Assembly (NCBI GenBank): GCA_040380025.1
Contig: JBEIJY010000001.1
Location: 32,001-96,000 of the forward strand
Length of the DNA stretch: 64,000 nucleotides
Direction: 5' to 3'
Source: Bdellovibrionales bacterium
GTDB taxonomy: Bacteria; Bdellovibrionota; UBA1018; CAIMNF01
In this document: one piece after another, positions 39,035 through 48,637 of the stretch
Layout of the letters: every line of letters begins with the position of its first letter
How positions within the stretch are numbered: position 1 is the first letter of the stretch
Made by a program: the position numbers and the translations under genes
The notes under the pieces: generated by a model
Told to the model about the DNA's origin: nothing
The model's input: the letters and a program-made list of their open reading frames with translations, nothing else
Database searches by the model: none

Positions 39035-41755
39035 CTATAACTCGGCCCAATTTCGTCCGATCCCGACATTCACAACGAGCGGCACCCGGAGCGAGATCGC
39101 GCTTTCCATGACCGAGGTCACCAGTTGCTTCACCCGCTCCGCCTCTTCGCGGGGACACTCCAGAACCAGCTCATCGTGCACCTGCAGAAGGATCTTCGAG
39201 CGCAGGCCTTGCGCTTTCAGCTCGCGATGGAGCCGCACCATCGCCACCTTGATCAGGTCGGAGGCACTGCCCTGGATCGGACTGTTCATCGCCATGCGCT
39301 CAGCATTGCTCCGGATGGCGGGATTCGAGGATCGAATCTCGGGAAGCGCACGCTTCCGCCCGAGCAGCGTCGTCACGAATCCGTTCTCGCGGGCGTGCGC
39401 CACTTGCTCGTCCAAAAACGCCTTCACACGCGAATAGCGGTGGAAGTACTGATCGATCATTTTTTTCGATTCGCCGCGCGAGATGTGCAGCTCTTCGGCC
39501 AGACCGAAGGCGGTTTTTCCGTACATGAGTCCGAAGTTGATCGCCTTCGCCGAGGAACGCTCGGCATCGGTGACCTCGGCCGGATTCTTGTGGAAGATCT
39601 CCCCTGCGGTCCGACGGTGCACATCCTCGCCTTTTTGAAAGGACTCCATCAGAACCGGATCTTCGCTCATGTGAGCCAGGATCCGGAGCTCGATCTGCGA
39701 GTAATCGGCCGAAAGAAGCACATTTCCCTCGTCGGCGATGAACGCCTCACGGATCTTTTGTCCGCGCGCGGTGCGCACCGGAATGTTCTGGAGGTTCGGT
39801 TCGGAGCTCGAGAGCCGTCCCGTCGCGGTGCCAGTCAGATGAAAACTCGTGCGCACCCGCGAATCCGCGTGATCCCGGAGTTCCTGGAGCGGAATCACAT
39901 AGGTGCCTTTCAGCTTTGCGATTTCGCGGTACTCCAGAATGAGTTTCGGTGCGGGATGAAGCCCGATCAAGGCCTCCAGGACCGAGGCATCGGTCGAGAA
40001 CCCCGACTTGGTTTTTCCTTGCGGCGGAAGTGAGAGTTCCTCGAAAAGAAAACCCGCGAGTTGCTTCGGCGAGTTCAGATTCAAAGAGGGATTTTTCGAA
40101 AATCCGCGGATCTTGGCCTCGATTGCCGAAATCTCCTCCTGAAAAGCACCCTCGAGTCTCTTCAGGAAATCCACATTGACTTTGATTCCGGCGTCTTCCA
40201 TGTCGGCCACGACCTCGACCATGGGCAGATCCACCTCGCGAAACAGCGACTCCACGCCCGAAATCCGGAGCTCGAGCTCGAGTTTTTCCCAGAGCGCATA
40301 GGCGCACCATGCGTCCTCGGCCGAGTAGTTGGTCGCGGCTTCGATCGAGACCTCGGCGAAGCTGATCTGGGCGGCGCCCTTCCCGGTCACCTCCTCGTAC
40401 GTCTTCACGTCGTAGTTCAGATATTTCTTCGAGAGATAATCCAGATTGTGCCGGCCGCTCGAATCGATCGCGTAGGCGGCAACCATGGTGTCGGCGCGGA
40501 TCCCCCGAAGAGGAATCCCCTGCGCACGCATCACCCGGAGATCATACTTCAGATTCTGCCCGATTTTGCCGTACTCCGGGGATTCCAGAAAGGGCGCGAG
40601 TTCCCGGAGGACCAGCCCGGCATCGAGCTGCGAACCGGGTCCGGCCTCGTGACCCACCGGAATATAAAACGCCCCCCGGGAATCCGTGGCGATCGCGATT
40701 CCGACAAGTTTGGCCTGACGGGGGTCGAGCGAAGTCGTCTCGGTGTCGAAGGCGAATTCCTTCTTCTCGCGGATCGAACCAAGAAGCGAGTCGAGCTCCG
40801 TCTTCGTGCTCACGGTGCGGAATTCGAGAGAGCGTTTGGGCGAAACCGGCGACTCGTCGATCGCGGGCGCGTCCTGGGCGGCCCCCATCGCGGAATATTT
40901 CGAAAAAAGGGATTTGAAATTGAGCCGTTTGCAGAACTCAAGAAGTCCCGCGTGCACGCGGAACTCGAATGCCGCCCGATCGGTGGTGATCGCAAGATCG
41001 ATGTCTTCCTTCAGCGTGGCGAGCTCCTGCGAGAGCAGGGCGAGTTCTTCGCCCTCGACGATCATGTCGCCCTTTTTTCCTTTGATTTTACCCGTTTTTG
41101 CCGCGTCGATCACCGACGAAAGCGTGCCGAACTCGTTCAAGAGGACCGAGGCGCCCTTCGGGCCGATCCCCGTGATTCCGGGGATGTTGTCCGAGGAATC
41201 GCCGACCATCGCGAGATAATCCCGCACCTGCGAGGGCTTCACTCCGAACTTCTCGATGACCTCGTGCTCGGTGTAGTGCAGATCCTTCATCGTATCCCAG
41301 AGCTGGGTCTTCGAATCGACAAGCGCCATGAGGTCCTTGTCGCCGCTGACGATCACGCACCGGTGGCGAGGATCCTCCCGGATCCAGGTCTTGTCGAGCG
41401 TTGCGATCAGGTCATCGGCTTCGACCCCGCTCTGCCGGAACGAGGGGATCCCCATCTCGCGCACCAGCTCCTCGATGAGATCGAACTGGGGAAGAAGCAT
41501 CTCGGGCGGGGCCGCACGGTTCGCCTTGTATGCGGGATAGCGGAGCTTCCGGAAAGAGGGCTCCTTCGAGTCGTAGACCACCGCAAGAAACTTCGGATCG
41601 ACCTCGTCGATGAGCCGCCCGAGCATGGAGGCGACGCCATAAACGGCGTTCACGGGGGTTCCGTCGGGTGCGGTCAACTCGCGCACGGCATAGAACGCGC
41701 GAAAGATGAAAGAGCTGATGTCGATCAGATAAAGCGTATTGTACGAGGATTTCAT
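39035..41755 (-). CDS. polA: DNA polymerase I
   Basis: 5' nuclease (VEADD, SGDKD, GDSSDNIPG), 3'-5' exonuclease (DTET, NLKYD, YSAED), polymerase (DYSQIELR, KAINFG, QVHDEL). Confidence 0.98.
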   Translation of the reverse strand: MKSSYNTLYLIDISSFIFRAFYAVRELTAPDGTPVNAVYGVASMLGRLIDEVDPKFLAVVYDSKEPSFRKLRYPAYKANRAAPPEMLLPQFDLIEELVREMGIPSFRQSGVEADDLIATLDKTWIREDPRHRCVIVSGDKDLMALVDSKTQLWDTMKDLHYTEHEVIEKFGVKPSQVRDYLAMVGDSSDNIPGITGIGPKGASVLLNEFGTLSSVIDAAKTGKIKGKKGDMIVEGEELALLSQELATLKEDIDLAITTDRAAFEFRVHAGLLEFCKRLNFKSLFSKYSAMGAAQDAPAIDESPVSPKRSLEFRTVSTKTELDSLLGSIREKKEFAFDTETTSLDPRQAKLVGIAIATDSRGAFYIPVGHEAGPGSQLDAGLVLRELAPFLESPEYGKIGQNLKYDLRVMRAQGIPLRGIRADTMVAAYAIDSSGRHNLDYLSKKYLNYDVKTYEEVTGKGAAQISFAEVSIEAATNYSAEDAWCAYALWEKLELELRISGVESLFREVDLPMVEVVADMEDAGIKVNVDFLKRLEGAFQEEISAIEAKIRGFSKNPSLNLNSPKQLAGFLFEELSLPPQGKTKSGFSTDASVLEALIGLHPAPKLILEYREIAKLKGTYVIPLQELRDHADSRVRTSFHLTGTATGRLSSSEPNLQNIPVRTARGQKIREAFIADEGNVLLSADYSQIELRILAHMSEDPVLMESFQKGEDVHRRTAGEIFHKNPAEVTDAERSSAKAINFGLMYGKTAFGLAEELHISRGESKKMIDQYFHRYSRVKAFLDEQVAHARENGFVTTLLGRKRALPEIRSSNPAIRSNAERMAMNSPIQGSASDLIKVAMVRLHRELKAQGLRSKILLQVHDELVLECPREEAERVKQLVTSVMESAISLRVPLVVNVGIGRNWAEL

Positions 41756-42177
41756 GATTTCGATTCCCGGATGACAAAACTGCCGGCGAGCACGTCGCCC
41801 AATCGTTGCTTACCCGGAGCACGGGCGATGAGACTGAGCTCGATCAGACCGAAAGGGAGGGCGGTCAACAGCGCCAGAATCCAGCCCCAGAAGGGAATTA
41901 CCATCAAAAAGGTAACGATTCCGACCGGAATATTGCGAATGACGGAGAGCTTGATTCCGATCGGCCTGCCGCTCTCATCGACGACCCGGATCCCGAGAAG
42001 TTTTTTTCCGGGACTTTGCCCGGCCAGCGCTCGGATCGGCAATCCGTCAGCTACAAGAGAATAGAAGAACCCGATCAGGGCACCCGCCCCGCCCTTGATC
42101 AAAAGCCCGAGAGCAAGGGCGATCAGGAGATCCGTGAATTTCGCGAAAAGCCGGGATTGGAGGCTCGCGTGATCCAG
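41752..42177 (-). CDS. RDD family membrane protein; start probably non-canonical (CTG 42177 or ATT 42180)
   Basis: ASLQSRLFAKFTDLL lies upstream of the track's TTG; GQSPGKKLLGIRVV and QRLGDVLAGS. Confidence 0.8.
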   Translation of the reverse strand: MDHASLQSRLFAKFTDLLIALALGLLIKGGAGALIGFFYSLVADGLPIRALAGQSPGKKLLGIRVVDESGRPIGIKLSVIRNIPVGIVTFLMVIPFWGWILALLTALPFGLIELSLIARAPGKQRLGDVLAGSFVIRESKS

Positions 42178-42181
42178 AATC

Positions 42182-42766
42182 TCACCCTTTCAGAAAAAAA
42201 CGGTCCATGAGGTCCACCAGCGAGTGGACGATGAAAATATGGGTCTCCTGGATCCGGCTGGAATTCTTCCCGCCCGCAACATTCAGATTCACATCCGAGA
42301 GCTCCCGGAGGGCGCCTCCGCTCCCTCCGGTCATCGACACCACGCGGATCCCTTTTTCACGGGCGGCCTCGACCGCCCGGAGCACGTTTTTGGAATTCCC
42401 CGAGGTCGAGATGGCCAGCAGGACATCTCCCGGAAGACCGAGTCCGCGAACCTGCTTTTCGTAAATAACATCGAATGAATAATCGTTCGCGATCGCAGTC
42501 AGATTCGATGTATCGGTGGTAAGGGCCAGGGCGGGAAGCGGATTCCGTTCGATCAGCATCCGGCCCACCATCTCGGCGGCCATGTGTTGGGCATCCGCGG
42601 CCGAGCCGCCGTTTCCGCAAATCATCAATTTGTGACCGGAGCGGATGGAGGACGAAATGATCTCGCAGGCCCGGATCAGAAGATCCTGGTTCTCATCGAA
42701 GAACTTTTTTTTCGCAGACAACGACTCCTCAAAGGTGTCTTTCAGATAAGTACGAACGGGATCCAT
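42182..42766 (-). CDS. gmhA: Sedoheptulose-7-phosphate isomerase (alternative start 42787)
   Basis: CGNGGSAADAQH, TAIAND, ISTSGNS, RIQETH. Confidence 0.95.
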   Translation of the reverse strand: MDPVRTYLKDTFEESLSAKKKFFDENQDLLIRACEIISSSIRSGHKLMICGNGGSAADAQHMAAEMVGRMLIERNPLPALALTTDTSNLTAIANDYSFDVIYEKQVRGLGLPGDVLLAISTSGNSKNVLRAVEAAREKGIRVVSMTGGSGGALRELSDVNLNVAGGKNSSRIQETHIFIVHSLVDLMDRFFLKG

Positions 42767-42799
42767 CGGATTTGTCAAAGCCTCCATCAAGCCTGTCTA

Positions 42800-42828
42800 T
42801 TGGAACTCGGGTCAGTTAGTGGTACGAT
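42800..42828 (+). promoter_or_regulatory. Sigma70 promoter, likely leaderless trxA mRNA
   Basis: TTGGAA-N17-TACGAT with TG extension, 6 nt before the ATG. Confidence 0.6.
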
Positions 42829-42834
42829 AAATCC

Positions 42835-43167
42835 ATGGCGAATTCAAAAAATGTTTTGCAAGCGACCGATTCGAACCTCGAAACCGAGGTCATGAAAAAC
42901 CCCGGGCTCACCCTCGTCGATTTTTGGGCGGAATGGTGCGGCCCCTGCCGCGCCCTGGGACCCACCATTGATGCTCTCGCGGACCAGTACGCGGGACGGG
43001 TGAAGGTCTTCAAGTTGAACGTCGACGAGAATCCGTCTTCGGCCACGCGATTCAATGTCCGCGGCATCCCCACCGTTCTGATCCTGAAGAACGGCCAAGT
43101 GCTGGAGCAACTCGTGGGCAACCAGCCGAAGGACTCCTACGTTTCCGCGATCGACAAGAATCTCTGA
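42835..43167 (+). CDS. trxA: Thioredoxin
   Basis: DFWAEWCGPC, VRGIPT. Confidence 0.97.
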   Translation: MANSKNVLQATDSNLETEVMKNPGLTLVDFWAEWCGPCRALGPTIDALADQYAGRVKVFKLNVDENPSSATRFNVRGIPTVLILKNGQVLEQLVGNQPKDSYVSAIDKNL

Positions 43168-43198
43168 AATCCTGCTCCTGATGCCGGTCAATCTCTGA

Positions 43199-43236
43199 AA
43201 AAAACCGGAATCTCCCGACGGAGGTTCCGGTTTTTT
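43199..43236 (+). terminator. Intrinsic terminator after trxA
   Basis: aaaaccggaatctcc-cgac-ggaggttccggtttttt. Confidence 0.82.
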
Positions 43237-43309
43237 CCGTTGATCTTTTGACCGGACCTCTCCTAGACTTTTGCTCTGGACCGGAACCGGTTTTCAACGG
43301 AGGAAAGAC

Positions 43310-43972
43310 ATGGACCCTCAGGCATCCCAGCTGGGAATGATCACAGCCCTCCAACAAGGGGGATTTTCGACCGGATTGATCGCGCTCACCATGGCCGTGT
43401 CGGTGGCCTTCATATTGGAGCGGACGATCCGGCTGTTCCTGCAACTCAGCATCAACGGCCGCTCCTTTATGGCCGAGATCCAGACTTATCTTTTGAACAA
43501 CGATCTCGACGGCGCGCTTCGCGTCTGCAATGGCGCCGGGAATGCGGCCCTCCCGCGGGTCATCAAAGCGGGGCTCATGCGGGCCTCCCGAAAAGAGGAA
43601 CAGATCCAGAACGCGATCGATGCCGCGGCTCTCGAGGTGATCCCCCAGCTCGAACGCAACCTTCCCTATCTTGCGCTGATCGCGAACGTCGCAACCCTCC
43701 TCGGACTCCTCGGGACGATTTCCGGGCTCATCCGTTCGTTCGCCGCCATCTCCACCGCCGACCCCGCCCAGCGACAGGCGCTTCTTTCGGCGGGGATTTC
43801 GGAGGCGATGTTCGCGACCGCCTTCGGACTCGTGGTGGCCATCGCGACCATGATCGCGCACTCGATTCTGTCGTCGAAAGCCTCCCGCATCGTCTCGGAC
43901 ATCGACGAGCATAGCGTGAAGCTCCTTGATTTGCTTTCGGCCCGGAAAGTCCAGCATTCCTCCGAGAGATAG
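43310..43972 (+). CDS. MotA/TolQ/ExbB proton-channel protein (AglR-like)
   Basis: RBS GGAGG; NVATLLGLLGTISGLI, GISEAMFATAFGLVVAI. Confidence 0.92.
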   Translation: MDPQASQLGMITALQQGGFSTGLIALTMAVSVAFILERTIRLFLQLSINGRSFMAEIQTYLLNNDLDGALRVCNGAGNAALPRVIKAGLMRASRKEEQIQNAIDAAALEVIPQLERNLPYLALIANVATLLGLLGTISGLIRSFAAISTADPAQRQALLSAGISEAMFATAFGLVVAIATMIAHSILSSKASRIVSDIDEHSVKLLDLLSARKVQHSSER

Positions 43973-43984
43973 CGCGGAACCCCC

Positions 43985-44533
43985 ATGCTGAAACGCCCCT
44001 CATCCCGCCGGCACTCTTCCCCGCAGGAGATTCAGATCAATCTGATTCCCATGCTGGACGCGCTCGTGACGATGATCTCGTTTTTGATGTACACGATGGC
44101 GTTTCTCTCGCTCTCGATGATCGAGAGCCCCCTTCCGATCGTCAGCACCGAAGAAAACGAGGTTCAACTGAAGGACAAACCCCTTCAGCTCACCCTCACG
44201 CTCCGCGAGCAGGATGTGCTGGTGTGGAGCCCCTTCGAGCTGATTCCGCAAACCGCGCTACCGAACCGCCCCGATGGTTCGATCGACATCCTGCGGCTTC
44301 ATGAGCGGCTCATCGAGATCAAGCAAAAATTCATGGCCGAAAAAAAACTCATTCTCGTGCCCCGTGCCGACACCTCGTACGAAACCATCGTAGCGGTGCT
44401 GGATGCCGCACGAAGCCTCGACCGGACGGACCCCGTCCTGTCGATCCTGAACGAGAAAACCGGTGTCCGCGAGCAAGTGAAACAGCTTTTTCCCGAGACC
44501 GTCTTCGGAAACCTGCTCGGAGGAACCGACTGA
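43985..44533 (+). CDS. ExbD/TolR family protein (AglQ-like)
   Basis: INLIPMLD TM segment; YETIVAVLDAAR. Confidence 0.87.
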   Translation: MLKRPSSRRHSSPQEIQINLIPMLDALVTMISFLMYTMAFLSLSMIESPLPIVSTEENEVQLKDKPLQLTLTLREQDVLVWSPFELIPQTALPNRPDGSIDILRLHERLIEIKQKFMAEKKLILVPRADTSYETIVAVLDAARSLDRTDPVLSILNEKTGVREQVKQLFPETVFGNLLGGTD

Positions 44534-45105
44534 TGGCTCCGGCACGATCGATCCGGCAACGCAGGGTCCGTCGAAAAATCCACAAGGATTTCGACCTTCA
44601 GCTGACCTCGATGATGGACATCCTGGTCATCATCCTCGTGTTTCTTTTGAAGAGCTATTCCGCGAGCACGAACTCCTTTTCTTCGGTGCCGGGCCTCGCA
44701 ATGCCGGCGTCCAAGAGCGAGCAACTACCGCCGGACTCCCTGCATCTGATCGTCACACCCGAAGCGATCACCTTCGAGGGCGTGCGTGTGATCGAGTTCG
44801 CGCAGTCTGCAGAATCGCTTTCTTCCGGGCAGGCCTCCTACTCGTTCAAGACGGAGGACCTCGACGAGGGCGGAATGCGCATCGCTCATTTGTACGATGC
44901 GCTCACCAAAGCGCGCGAAAAGGCCGAGCTCTTGCGAGCGAAGTCCTCGGCCCGGGATGAAAAGGGAAACCCGCTGCCGTTTGATGGCATTCTTGCCATT
45001 CAAGCCGACAAACGGGTCAAATACGACACTTTACGAAAAATCATGTACACCGCCGGAGCGGCACGGTTCCACACCTTCCGGCTCCTCGCCACCCGGATCG
45101 AGTGA
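44533..45105 (+). CDS. ExbD/TolR family protein (AglS-like)
   Basis: LQLTSMMDILVIILVFLLKS; IQADKRVKY..LRKIMYTA. Confidence 0.87.
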   Translation: MAPARSIRQRRVRRKIHKDFDLQLTSMMDILVIILVFLLKSYSASTNSFSSVPGLAMPASKSEQLPPDSLHLIVTPEAITFEGVRVIEFAQSAESLSSGQASYSFKTEDLDEGGMRIAHLYDALTKAREKAELLRAKSSARDEKGNPLPFDGILAIQADKRVKYDTLRKIMYTAGAARFHTFRLLATRIE

Positions 45106-45118
45106 CTGGCGCACGCCT

Positions 45119-45637
45119 TCAGGCGACACTTTCGCTCGCGGCCCCTCCGGCCACGATCTCGACAAAAATTTTTCCTGCGGAACTCTCGAACGGAATCACC
45201 ACGCATTTCCCCTGCCCCAAGTCCCGCGCATCGTGTTCGGTTCCCCAAACGGCGACCGGTAGTGCCATCCCGACGGGCTTTCCGAGGTTGCCGAGTTCCA
45301 CCTTGGCCTGGCCCAGGATCATGTTCGCGAGCTCCGCGGCCAGATCGGCGTTCTCGGCCGAAACCGCAGAGACCTCCTCGCCGAAGAGGCTCTTCACGAG
45401 GGCGAAAAAAACCGAATCCTCCATGCTGATCGCCAAGGAGCCCGAAAACGACTTCGAGTCGATCGGGATCAGCCCGCTGATCTTGCCCATGAGCCGGCCC
45501 CCGCCCCCTTCTTTCATATAGGGCTTCCCGGCCTTCAGCTCGAGCGAGCATTGCACCTGAAACACCCGTATGGCGGCCCTAAGGAAGGGCGCCATGAACT
45601 GGGGGTCGATGTCGCGGTAGTTCGTTCCGGGACTCAT
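45119..45637 (-). CDS. cheX: CheX-like chemotaxis phosphatase
   Basis: RBS GGAGG; ISGLI...GSLAI...ELANMILGQAK (ExxN)...LP. Confidence 0.85.
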   Translation of the reverse strand: MSPGTNYRDIDPQFMAPFLRAAIRVFQVQCSLELKAGKPYMKEGGGGRLMGKISGLIPIDSKSFSGSLAISMEDSVFFALVKSLFGEEVSAVSAENADLAAELANMILGQAKVELGNLGKPVGMALPVAVWGTEHDARDLGQGKCVVIPFESSAGKIFVEIVAGGAASESVA

Positions 45638-45725
45638 CCTCCTCCCTTCGGTCATCCCGCCTCATTTCTTGAGCCGGAACTACCCCCTTCTAAGTCTCGG
45701 CATTTTTTGCCATACTGGGCCCCTT

Positions 45726-46460
45726 ATGGGAGCACAATGGAAAGCACCGCTTAAAGCGGCGGCCGCCGCAAAAAAGGGCGCCATCATCAGCAAATTGACG
45801 AAAGAACTCATCGTCGCCGCAAAACTCGGCGGGCCGGACCCGGCCTCGAATTTTCGCCTGCGGGGCGCGATCGAGGATGCACGAAAAGCCTCCGTTCCCC
45901 GCGATACGATCGAACGCGCCATCAAGCGCGGCGCGGGTCTTCTCGATGACCCGATCGTATACGAAACCATTTTGTACGAGGGCTTTGCACCCCATCAGGT
46001 TCCCGTAATCGTGGAGTGCCTGACCGAGAACCGGAACCGTACCGCTGCCGACATCCGCGTTGCCTTCCGGAAGGGGCAACTGGGCTCTTCGGGTTCGGTC
46101 GCCTGGATGTTCGACCGCAAGGGAGTGGTCGAAGCCCATCACGGCGATGCCTCGGCCGATCTCGAGGGTGCCGCGATCGAAGCCGGCGCCGATGAAGTGA
46201 CCACCATTCCCGCATCCGAGGGGCAACCCTCGGGCGGCGTGATTGCGCGATTCTTATGCTCCCCGACCGAGTTCGATGCCGTGAACAAGAACCTCTCGGC
46301 CGCGGGCTGGAATGTGCTCAATTCGGAACTGAGCTACCTTGCCAAGAATTTTGTCGATCTTTCTTCGGAGCAGTCGAAAGAAGTCGCGGACTTTTTGAGC
46401 GAAATTGACGACTCCGATGATGTGCACCGGATCTACGTCGCGCTGAAGCCGGGCAACTGA
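45726..46460 (+). CDS. yebC: YebC/PmpR family protein
   Basis: GGPDPASNFRL, IERAIKRG, YEGF, CLTENRNRT, WMFDRKG. Confidence 0.93.
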   Translation: MGAQWKAPLKAAAAAKKGAIISKLTKELIVAAKLGGPDPASNFRLRGAIEDARKASVPRDTIERAIKRGAGLLDDPIVYETILYEGFAPHQVPVIVECLTENRNRTAADIRVAFRKGQLGSSGSVAWMFDRKGVVEAHHGDASADLEGAAIEAGADEVTTIPASEGQPSGGVIARFLCSPTEFDAVNKNLSAAGWNVLNSELSYLAKNFVDLSSEQSKEVADFLSEIDDSDDVHRIYVALKPGN

Positions 46461-48463
46461 CGGGCGATCTCCGGCACGGCTTCGTTCATGAATACCGCCG
46501 TCCACGCCGAACCTGCGGTTTCGGCGGGAGTGGTCGCAAGATAGTTTCTTCCGAACCGTTCCAGAAAGCGCTGATCCAGCTCTGCGAAATTCCGGGCGTG
46601 GAATGCGGCGAGATCTTTCGGACCGAAAAACACCCAGATCCCCTGCCTCATTCCGCGGTTTCGTACGCAGGCCTTCTCGATCTCGTGGGCGACCCGCCCC
46701 ATGGTGTGGCGCACATTCACTTCGATCACGGGCACCACAAAGAGCATTCCGTCCTGATTCCGGGCCACCATCGAATCGATTCCGAATGGTCCGCGGTAGC
46801 CAAGCTCGAACAGGTGCGAAGAAACCCGTTCGTGCACCGGACCCCACTCCCCTTCCTGCTCGCGGATGACTTTTGCCGCCGCATGCAATGATCCTGCGCG
46901 GGCGGGATCTCCCAAAAAAGCACCCTGGTACTGATGCAAATCATCGGTCACAAAAACACGGGGCTCGAAGCGGATCAACTTCCCGACCGCGGTCCACTCG
47001 TACTGGACCGAGAAATCGCATTTCTTTTGATAAAACGGCTCCAGAACGAGCGCGTCCCCCCGAAGGAGGCGTTTTTCGAGTTTTTGAATCGTGGCCGGGT
47101 CCTCGAGCATCGCACGCTCGAGATGCAAATGACCTCTTCCGCTCGTGCCGACCGAGGATTTCACCAAGACCTCTTCCGCTCCGGGGAGCGCATCCGACGC
47201 ACGAGCAAGATCCTCCCGCGTCCGGAGCACGACTCCGGGAGTGCCCAGGAATTCCTTCCAGTACGCTTTCGAATGGAGTTTCTCTGCGGGAAGAGAACGC
47301 GAAAACGTGGGAGGATTCCTTAGTTTCGGGGCAATCGCGTCCAGGCGTTTCCAAGCACCCGGCGAAAACCCCCAGGGCTTGAATTCTCCGAATGCCGGAT
47401 AACGCCGCAATTCCTCGGGCCCCGTGATGATCTCGGGAAGCGCTCCTCGCACCTCGTGAATCCGCCCGGAAAACAAAGCGGATGGCCTTCTCGAAAGTTC
47501 AAGAACATCCTCCTCGCGGGAAAGAAAAATCATCAGCGGCTCCAGATCCACGATCTTTTCGCGAAGGGAGGCCGGAAGCGTCGGCAGGGATGCTTCGATC
47601 TCGCACTGGGGATTGAACCACAAGAAATCAGGAAACCGCCCCCGAGAGCCGCCTGCGACTTTCACTTCTTGAATGAACTCGGCAGAAAGCCCCGCCTCCC
47701 GCCTCGACTCCGCGGCAAACAGGCGCGCTCCTCGTGCGCGCCTGGCCGAGAGCGGAAACGGCAGGGCGGCACGGTAGGCCTCGAAGTCAGATTCGAACCC
47801 GGGATCGCGCCAATGCTGAAACCACTTCCATCCATGCCCCACATGCCGGACTTCGTCGTCATGCACGGCACGGAGGATTCCGGCCGTTTTCGGATCGCCG
47901 ATGCCGCTCTCGAAAAGCGCGGCGTACTCGAGCGCGAAATCGAGATTCGCCTGCTCGAAGGTGAGGCTCATCCGCGCCACAAAATCAAACGGACTTCGAA
48001 TGTCGCGCAGATGGCTCCAAAAGTAGTGATTCAGGGGAACCGCCCCGAAAGGCACCCCGCATTCTTCCATTCTCCCAAGATAACTTCGAAGATGCCTTTG
48101 CTCTTCTTGAAGGATTCCGAATACGCCCTTTTTGAATGCTTCCGGCGCATCCGGAAACCGCAAAAGCACATAGGCCATGGTCTCGATCGCGAGAAGCTCG
48201 TGATTCGCAAAAAAATGAAGAAGTCTTCCCCTCGCCCGCTCATCGCGAAGAAGCTCTGATTTTTTCGGAAACGCCGGGGATGCGCCTTCGATCGCACCAT
48301 GGAACGTGCGCAAAGCGCCGTCACGGCCGGGGGATTCCAGAACATCGATCGGGGAACGTCGATCGAACTCGAGGAATTGATAGGACGCACCCGATCCAGC
48401 CAGCTTGTGACTGAGCGTTCCCCCGAGGAGAATCTCGCGCAAGATCTCGTCACCGGAACCCAT
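46433..48463 (-). CDS. Ferritin-like di-iron (DUF455-like) domain fused to an ATP-grasp domain
   Basis: NHELLAIE, EEQRH, FEQANLD, DEVRH; then VKSSVGTSGRG, VLEPF, GPFGIDSM, EVNVRHTMG. Confidence 0.85.
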   Translation of the reverse strand: MGSGDEILREILLGGTLSHKLAGSGASYQFLEFDRRSPIDVLESPGRDGALRTFHGAIEGASPAFPKKSELLRDERARGRLLHFFANHELLAIETMAYVLLRFPDAPEAFKKGVFGILQEEQRHLRSYLGRMEECGVPFGAVPLNHYFWSHLRDIRSPFDFVARMSLTFEQANLDFALEYAALFESGIGDPKTAGILRAVHDDEVRHVGHGWKWFQHWRDPGFESDFEAYRAALPFPLSARRARGARLFAAESRREAGLSAEFIQEVKVAGGSRGRFPDFLWFNPQCEIEASLPTLPASLREKIVDLEPLMIFLSREEDVLELSRRPSALFSGRIHEVRGALPEIITGPEELRRYPAFGEFKPWGFSPGAWKRLDAIAPKLRNPPTFSRSLPAEKLHSKAYWKEFLGTPGVVLRTREDLARASDALPGAEEVLVKSSVGTSGRGHLHLERAMLEDPATIQKLEKRLLRGDALVLEPFYQKKCDFSVQYEWTAVGKLIRFEPRVFVTDDLHQYQGAFLGDPARAGSLHAAAKVIREQEGEWGPVHERVSSHLFELGYRGPFGIDSMVARNQDGMLFVVPVIEVNVRHTMGRVAHEIEKACVRNRGMRQGIWVFFGPKDLAAFHARNFAELDQRFLERFGRNYLATTPAETAGSAWTAVFMNEAVPEIARQLPGFSAT

Positions 48464-48478
48464 GAGCCGGTCCCGCCC

Positions 48479-48637
48479 TCAGCTGAACCGCGCCTGGTAC
48501 AGCAGGTACAACATGATCACCATGAAGATGACGATCGGAATCTGAAGGATCGCGAACAAAAAGAGCGGGCTTTTTCGCACCGGGACCTGAAAGGAGTCCT
48601 TGGACTTGGTTTCGGGACTTTGCGGGGAATCGCTCAC
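48479..48637 (-). CDS. 52-aa single-pass membrane protein (not in the ORF track)
   Basis: GTG overlaps the permease TGA (GTGA); MSDSPQSPETKSKDSFQVPVRKSPLFLFAILQIPIVIFMVIMLYLLYQARFS; fills the gap between the two genes. Confidence 0.75.
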   Translation of the reverse strand: MSDSPQSPETKSKDSFQVPVRKSPLFLFAILQIPIVIFMVIMLYLLYQARFS

